Below, piece by piece: positions 35,370-40,000 of a DNA stretch of 40,000 bases. The notes under the pieces were generated by a model, which did not search any database, was not told where the DNA came from, and saw nothing but the letters and a program-made list of their open reading frames with translations. The position numbers and the translations under genes were made by a program. Numbering within the stretch: the stretch's first letter is position 1; every line of letters starts with the position of its first letter. The stretch is from Takakia lepidozioides (taxonomy: Eukaryota > Plantae > Bryophyta): the NCBI GenBank assembly GCA_030704615.1, contig JAKLZA010000079.1, positions 1 through 40,000 of the forward strand, read 5' to 3'.

Positions 35370-38300
35370 ATGGCGGAAAACCCGAGCGCTACAGTGTACT
35401 GCCCTCCTCACGAGCATAGAGCTTCATTTCCGTGCAGAGGGGACACCTGCCGGGTGATGGAGAAATATCTGTGCGTTCGATACCACCTGAAACCGGGGTC
35501 GGTTTTTTTGGAGGAGGAAAGGAAGGACTCAAACGGCCTTGTTGTCGAGAGTATTGTTGTGCTCCACGATGATTTCGGCGATGGCAGGGAATGGCGAGTT
35601 CCACCATCGGACAGCGTCATATACAGGGCTGTTGGGGACTTCATTTGCCCGCCAAATGCACCGTCTATCCTGGCGCCTTCCACGAAACAATCCGCGAATC
35701 AGAGAGTGGGTACCTCAAAGAGAGAAGTCCGCAACGAAGTAAATCCAGAGCCGAACCCATCCATGAAGACGACCGAGAACCGGGTTGTTCACAACCTGTC
35801 CGACTCAGACGAGGTCATGGAAGTTCCGAGGTCGTCCTGGAGATCAGGCAAGTCCTCAATGGACGTCAGTGGAGGAGGAGTCATATTCCCAGCACGAGCA
35901 CCGCAGTTCGATCTATTCTAGAAATTCTGCGAGGGCTTCACCTGGAGGGACACCGGTCGGAGCTGGCCGGGCTGGACTACAGCAAGTTCGCAATTAAATC
36001 GGTTACATGCCTTCCCGCCGACGTCGACGGTAATATCTTCTTTGAGTTCCCTCCTCGGGCGGACTACTCGAGGGCGTCCGGAATGTTGACAGATATGGAT
36101 AGAAAACATGACGGTCATCCTTGGTGCGTTACCAAAACCACCAGCATGAAGATGCTGATGGTGTGCGGGTGCGCTACGTTGTTTGTGCGGGCGCGTTGCG
36201 GTGTTTCTCCCCAACTTGCTTCCACTTTAAATCCAGAGGTCACAGGAACGAGACCGATTGGACAGGCACAGCTCATCAACCATTTCGAGCTCAGGAGAAG
36301 GTTCCGAACTCCACATTTAAGTGTGCGCATTGCAAAGAACCACCACACTGCATGTCTGTTTGTAATGCCAAGCAGTTCTATGTGTTGCACCGTTTCCCTG
36401 ACCTCACCCGAGCTTGCATACACGTTGGTTCCCATTGTCACAAATTGGCGAGGGGGAACTCGCGGGAGGCTGCCCACGAAGCAGAGCAGCTCGTTCAGGA
36501 GGAGGTTAAGTTGAGACCGGGTGCCAAACCCAAACAGATACAGCTCCAAGCCGCCCATAAGATGGCATTGGCCAGAATTATGTCGGAAGACGGCTCCGAT
36601 AGAGTTCCTCTCGACGAGAAGGAAATGGAGGCATTGCTGGAGTCGGTGTCCCACGTATGTTCACCGAATGTCCGAAACCACATTGTCTCATGCAAACAGA
36701 AAATTGGGCGTGGCTCGGATATGCACTCCATTCTGGAGGTGAAGCGACGATGTGGATATGACTACATTCATGGAAGTAGGTTTCCAGGACAAGGGACTGA
36801 GGCAGATCGTTGTTTCGTATTCAAAATGTCCACGTGTGGACCTGGCAGTGGCGTCGAACTGGTCGACAGGATGACGAGTGGGAACTTGTCAAACAGTTGG
36901 GTCATGTTCGACCATATCAAGCGAATTACAAATCACCAGTGGGTGACAATGGGTGCACATGTCTACGACACCCACTGCAGGATGCTAATGACAATTGCTA
37001 TTTGTGAGATGAAAGGAGAGGACACACAATCGGAGATGCTTCTTTGGCAGGGAATAAACGAACAGATGGCCAAGGCGGGATTGCCCCCTCCCAATTTCCG
37101 TGGTTTCATGGCGGACAACGCACAAGCAAATTGGGCTGCCATCCGAAGGGTGTACGGGCAAGACCCCAATGTTCCCATGGAAGGCAAGGAGAGATCTTGT
37201 GGGTTCCATTTTCTGCAGAGCCTTTCGCAGTACACAACCAGGCTCGTGGCGCCAGATTTCAGAGAGGAGCACCGTTCCATGTGCCTTGCGTGGAAGCGCG
37301 CTCCCACCTTGGATGATGCAGAGACACAGTTTGCATGCATACGGGCTTGGTGGACATCGTCAGGTGCTGTAAGGAAATCAGACGAAGGAGCAATGGTCAG
37401 TTGGCTAGCATGGTGGCATTATCGTTTCCTCCAGTTCGGCGACTATATGCGGGAGGTGAGTTGCACGAATTCGCGTCCCGTTGGATATTATTCTTGGCCA
37501 TATTTGTAACTTGCTTGTAACCTCAACATGTGCTTGTGCAGGAAATGTGTCTCGACTCCGACACCGACATGCCCACGACAAACATGGCCGAATCAGTGCA
37601 CTCTTCCTGGCGTGCCTCCTCTGCGGCGCATCTGGTGGACATCCTCACTGCCACAACGGAGGACATTGTGAGGTCAATTATGCAGCAATGCAGGTACAAC
37701 GAGTTCTTGAAAGGGAAACAGTGGGGCTTGGGGCCGGACAGGCAGGAAATGCTGATGCGGACTGCCTCCAGATCGAAGAATCCTCGGAAGTGGGCGGCGG
37801 CCTTGCGAGAGGGCCTTCGGGACACGCCATTGCTGCGAAGAGGCCAACATTTGGAAGGAGATGTTCATACCCGTCCAGTGAGACGAAGACTTGACGAGGC
37901 ACCTGGCGGAGAAGAGGATTCATGGCGAGCTGACAAGAATATTCGCACGCTCCCTCGTGGTCCGGTGATGTTGTCCGAGGAGGTCTCGTCGAGCACCGAA
38001 GTCCTGCACGTTCAAGATCGCCATCTCCTTTGAGCACAGGGCGCGTGCCCCGGCAACATAACGAGCCATCTGTAGTAAAGCAATACAACATTCCCATTGT
38101 GGAGACAAGAGTGTCGGAGTCACAGTGGAGAATTGCGAGGACATTGCCGGCATTTCGAGGGAAGTGTTGCGCCATCCGGGTGGATACGAGAGCACGCTGT
38201 GGTGAGATGATTCGGAGGAACCCACACGTGCTGTACCTGCACCTTGTTTCAGCGGCAGATTTTTGACTCCCACATTTGCTCACGCCACAACGCAGACATT

Positions 38301-38957
38301 TTGGTTCTGTAGGCACGACATAATGACCTGTGTATTTGGCAAGCCCAAGTACGGGATTCAGGGAATGCCGGAGCCTCCGGGCGTCTGGCCTGTTGCACCG
38401 GGTTGCAGCCTCTCTCAGAATGAGGCGGATGCTCTATCTGCAGCAGGATTTCGAATGGTGCAACGCACAGACATCCCGGCCCACGCATTTCCGGTTCCTC
38501 AGACCCAGCCATTGCAGACTGCTCGGTCCAGTAGAGACGGATTGGACAATTCTGCACATCCCACAATGCGATTCGGAAGAGTGAAGAGACGACACCCTCC
38601 CAACAAGTTGAATGAGACTCGGATTGCAATGCTCTTGGGATGGCTTGCACTATTCAGAGCTCCGTGGACGTACCCCCACCCGGCCTTGGGCGTGTGTATC
38701 GGATGGCAACGGCCGGCTCGGCTGTACGCGACGATGTATACACAATTACGATTGGAGTGGAGCCGACTTGCAACTGTACGGACTTCTCGTTGATGGAAGC
38801 AAAGAAGGGTTCGAAGTATTATCCGTGCAAGCATCTGTATTACATTTACCTGAAGAGGTTGAGGATGAACGTGACTATTGATGACTTTATTCATGCACCG
38901 GCGTTGAGCGTGAACGAGCTGCACAAACTCCTCCTTAGGGATTCCAGAAATCATTGA
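35370..38957 (+). pseudogene. MULE transposase of element C (GCM-like/DDE/SWIM), several frameshifts
   Basis: ORF pieces at 35253, 35591, 36121, 37530, 38030, 38263 and 38640 are collinear with the B transposase. WVMFD, FMAD, CGFH, TNMAES and SWIM CNCTDF..CKH all present. Intron 37456-37541. Confidence 0.85.
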
Positions 38958-39111
38958 TGGGGCAAACGGAATCCTCCATATGGATATTTTCAATGCATTT
39001 TGCTGTATCAGACTTTTTTTTGCAGTGTAATGAAATGCACCCCAAAACTCCTGGAATGAGGCAATATTCCATTCAAACTGAGATCCAACAGAAGCAGTTG
39101 TGGGGCCATTT

Positions 39112-39470
39112 CTGGAAAAATGGCGCCGAATTTCTCTTTTTGGGGCCGAAAACTCGCTAAGTCCCAACATGCACTGGTACCTGTGTTTGGGAAAATGGCG
39201 CCGAATTTCTCTTTTTGGGGCCGAAAACTGGCTAAGTCCCACATGCACTCTGTACAGTGTCTGGAAAATGGCGCCGAATTTCTCTTTTTTGGGCCGAAAA
39301 CTGGCTAAGTCCGAACATGCACTGGAAAAATGGCGCCGAATTACCTGTCATGAGGGGACCTATAGCCGCGGAATTCGGCACCATTTTTCGCCAGAGAGAC
39401 CTATTGCCGCGAAATACGTCGCCGTTTTTTCAGGTTACGGACCCTATTACCGCGAAATTCGGCGCCATAT
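39112..39470. repeat. Right subterminal tandem repeat (~74 bp) with AAAATGGCGCCGAATTT and GGCTAAGTCC motifs (element C)
   Basis: Cores at 39122, 39197, 39270, 39332, plus inverted copies near 39377 and 39461. Confidence 0.85.
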
Positions 39471-39636
39471 TTGCACATGTCGCTGGAATTGGCATGAGCG
39501 GAAGACGAAATATCATGAGCACAACTGTCAAAATGCAATTTCCCTTCAAGGGGCCGAATAATATATTTGTTTTTCCTGACACATTGCATTAAATTATTGT
39601 TTTTTATTGTTTTTTATTTTCGAAATTTGTACTTCT

Positions 39637-39702
39637 GCTCATGAAAACCGATTGTGTTACTACTCTGCTCATGCCGCTCATGCTCATGAAATAGCAAACC
39701 TC
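39637..39702 (-). repeat. Right TIR and CTCATG repeats, element C
   Basis: Matches the B right end at 19/20 terminal nt. Confidence 0.85.
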
Positions 39703-40000
39703 GGTGGAGCCCCGCACACCGGGTTGCGGTGGGGGTGGGTCCACGGGGGGTAGTGGTAGCTTAGTGGGTCTTAGTAGGGGTGGCATAGGATTCACCATGG
39801 GGCGGAGAACTTGTGGTGGGAGTCGTGGGGAGTCTTGGGACTCATCACGGTCCAATGGGGCCATGGTGAGTGGGCCAAGACTCACCACGACTCATCACCG
39901 GGAATCGAGGGTCTTCGTGGTGGTTCGCCATAAAATGACTGGGTTGTTTGTGAAACCCCCGCGGACAGTCACAGAAGTATATATAGGGATTAGTAACCCC

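Larger units (their letters stand above)
26341..39702 (+). mobile_element. MULE element C (diverged family member, ~13.4 kb)
   Basis: Left end GGGGGCTGCTATTTCATGAG at 26341; right end CTCATGAAATAGCAAACCTC ending 39702. Same two-gene divergent layout with homologous proteins. No TSD seen. Confidence 0.88.

Overview
This is eukaryotic DNA with GT-AG introns and no prokaryotic operons; an early-diverging plant or streptophyte-like host is plausible but is inference only. The window is almost entirely three large Mutator-like (MULE) DNA transposons of one clade. Element B (8855-23639, complete, 8-bp TSD CACTGGAA) is inserted in opposite orientation inside its near-identical sister, element A (25557 down to 23640, resuming at 8854 and running off the left edge). 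This nesting creates multi-kb inverted repeats. Element C (26341-39702) is a diverged family member. Each element has short asymmetric TIRs with CATGAG repeats and two divergent genes. One is a GCM-like/DDE/SWIM transposase. The other is a ~10-exon, ~1,400-aa protein with an N-terminal ParB/Srx-like domain and a C-terminal beta-class N6A/N4C DNA-methyltransferase fold whose catalytic motif reads DIPD. A and B also carry small orphan genes. Non-coding regions (intergenic, intronic, subterminal) contain arrays of a family-specific 22-bp palindrome whose spacings cluster at 53, 63, 74, 84 and 95 bp, i.e. whole helical turns. The candidate novel system is a MULE-borne ParB-MTase plus phased parS/iteron-like palindromic sites. 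Domain calls are by motif recognition only. Many 1-bp indels could be decay or sequencing error.
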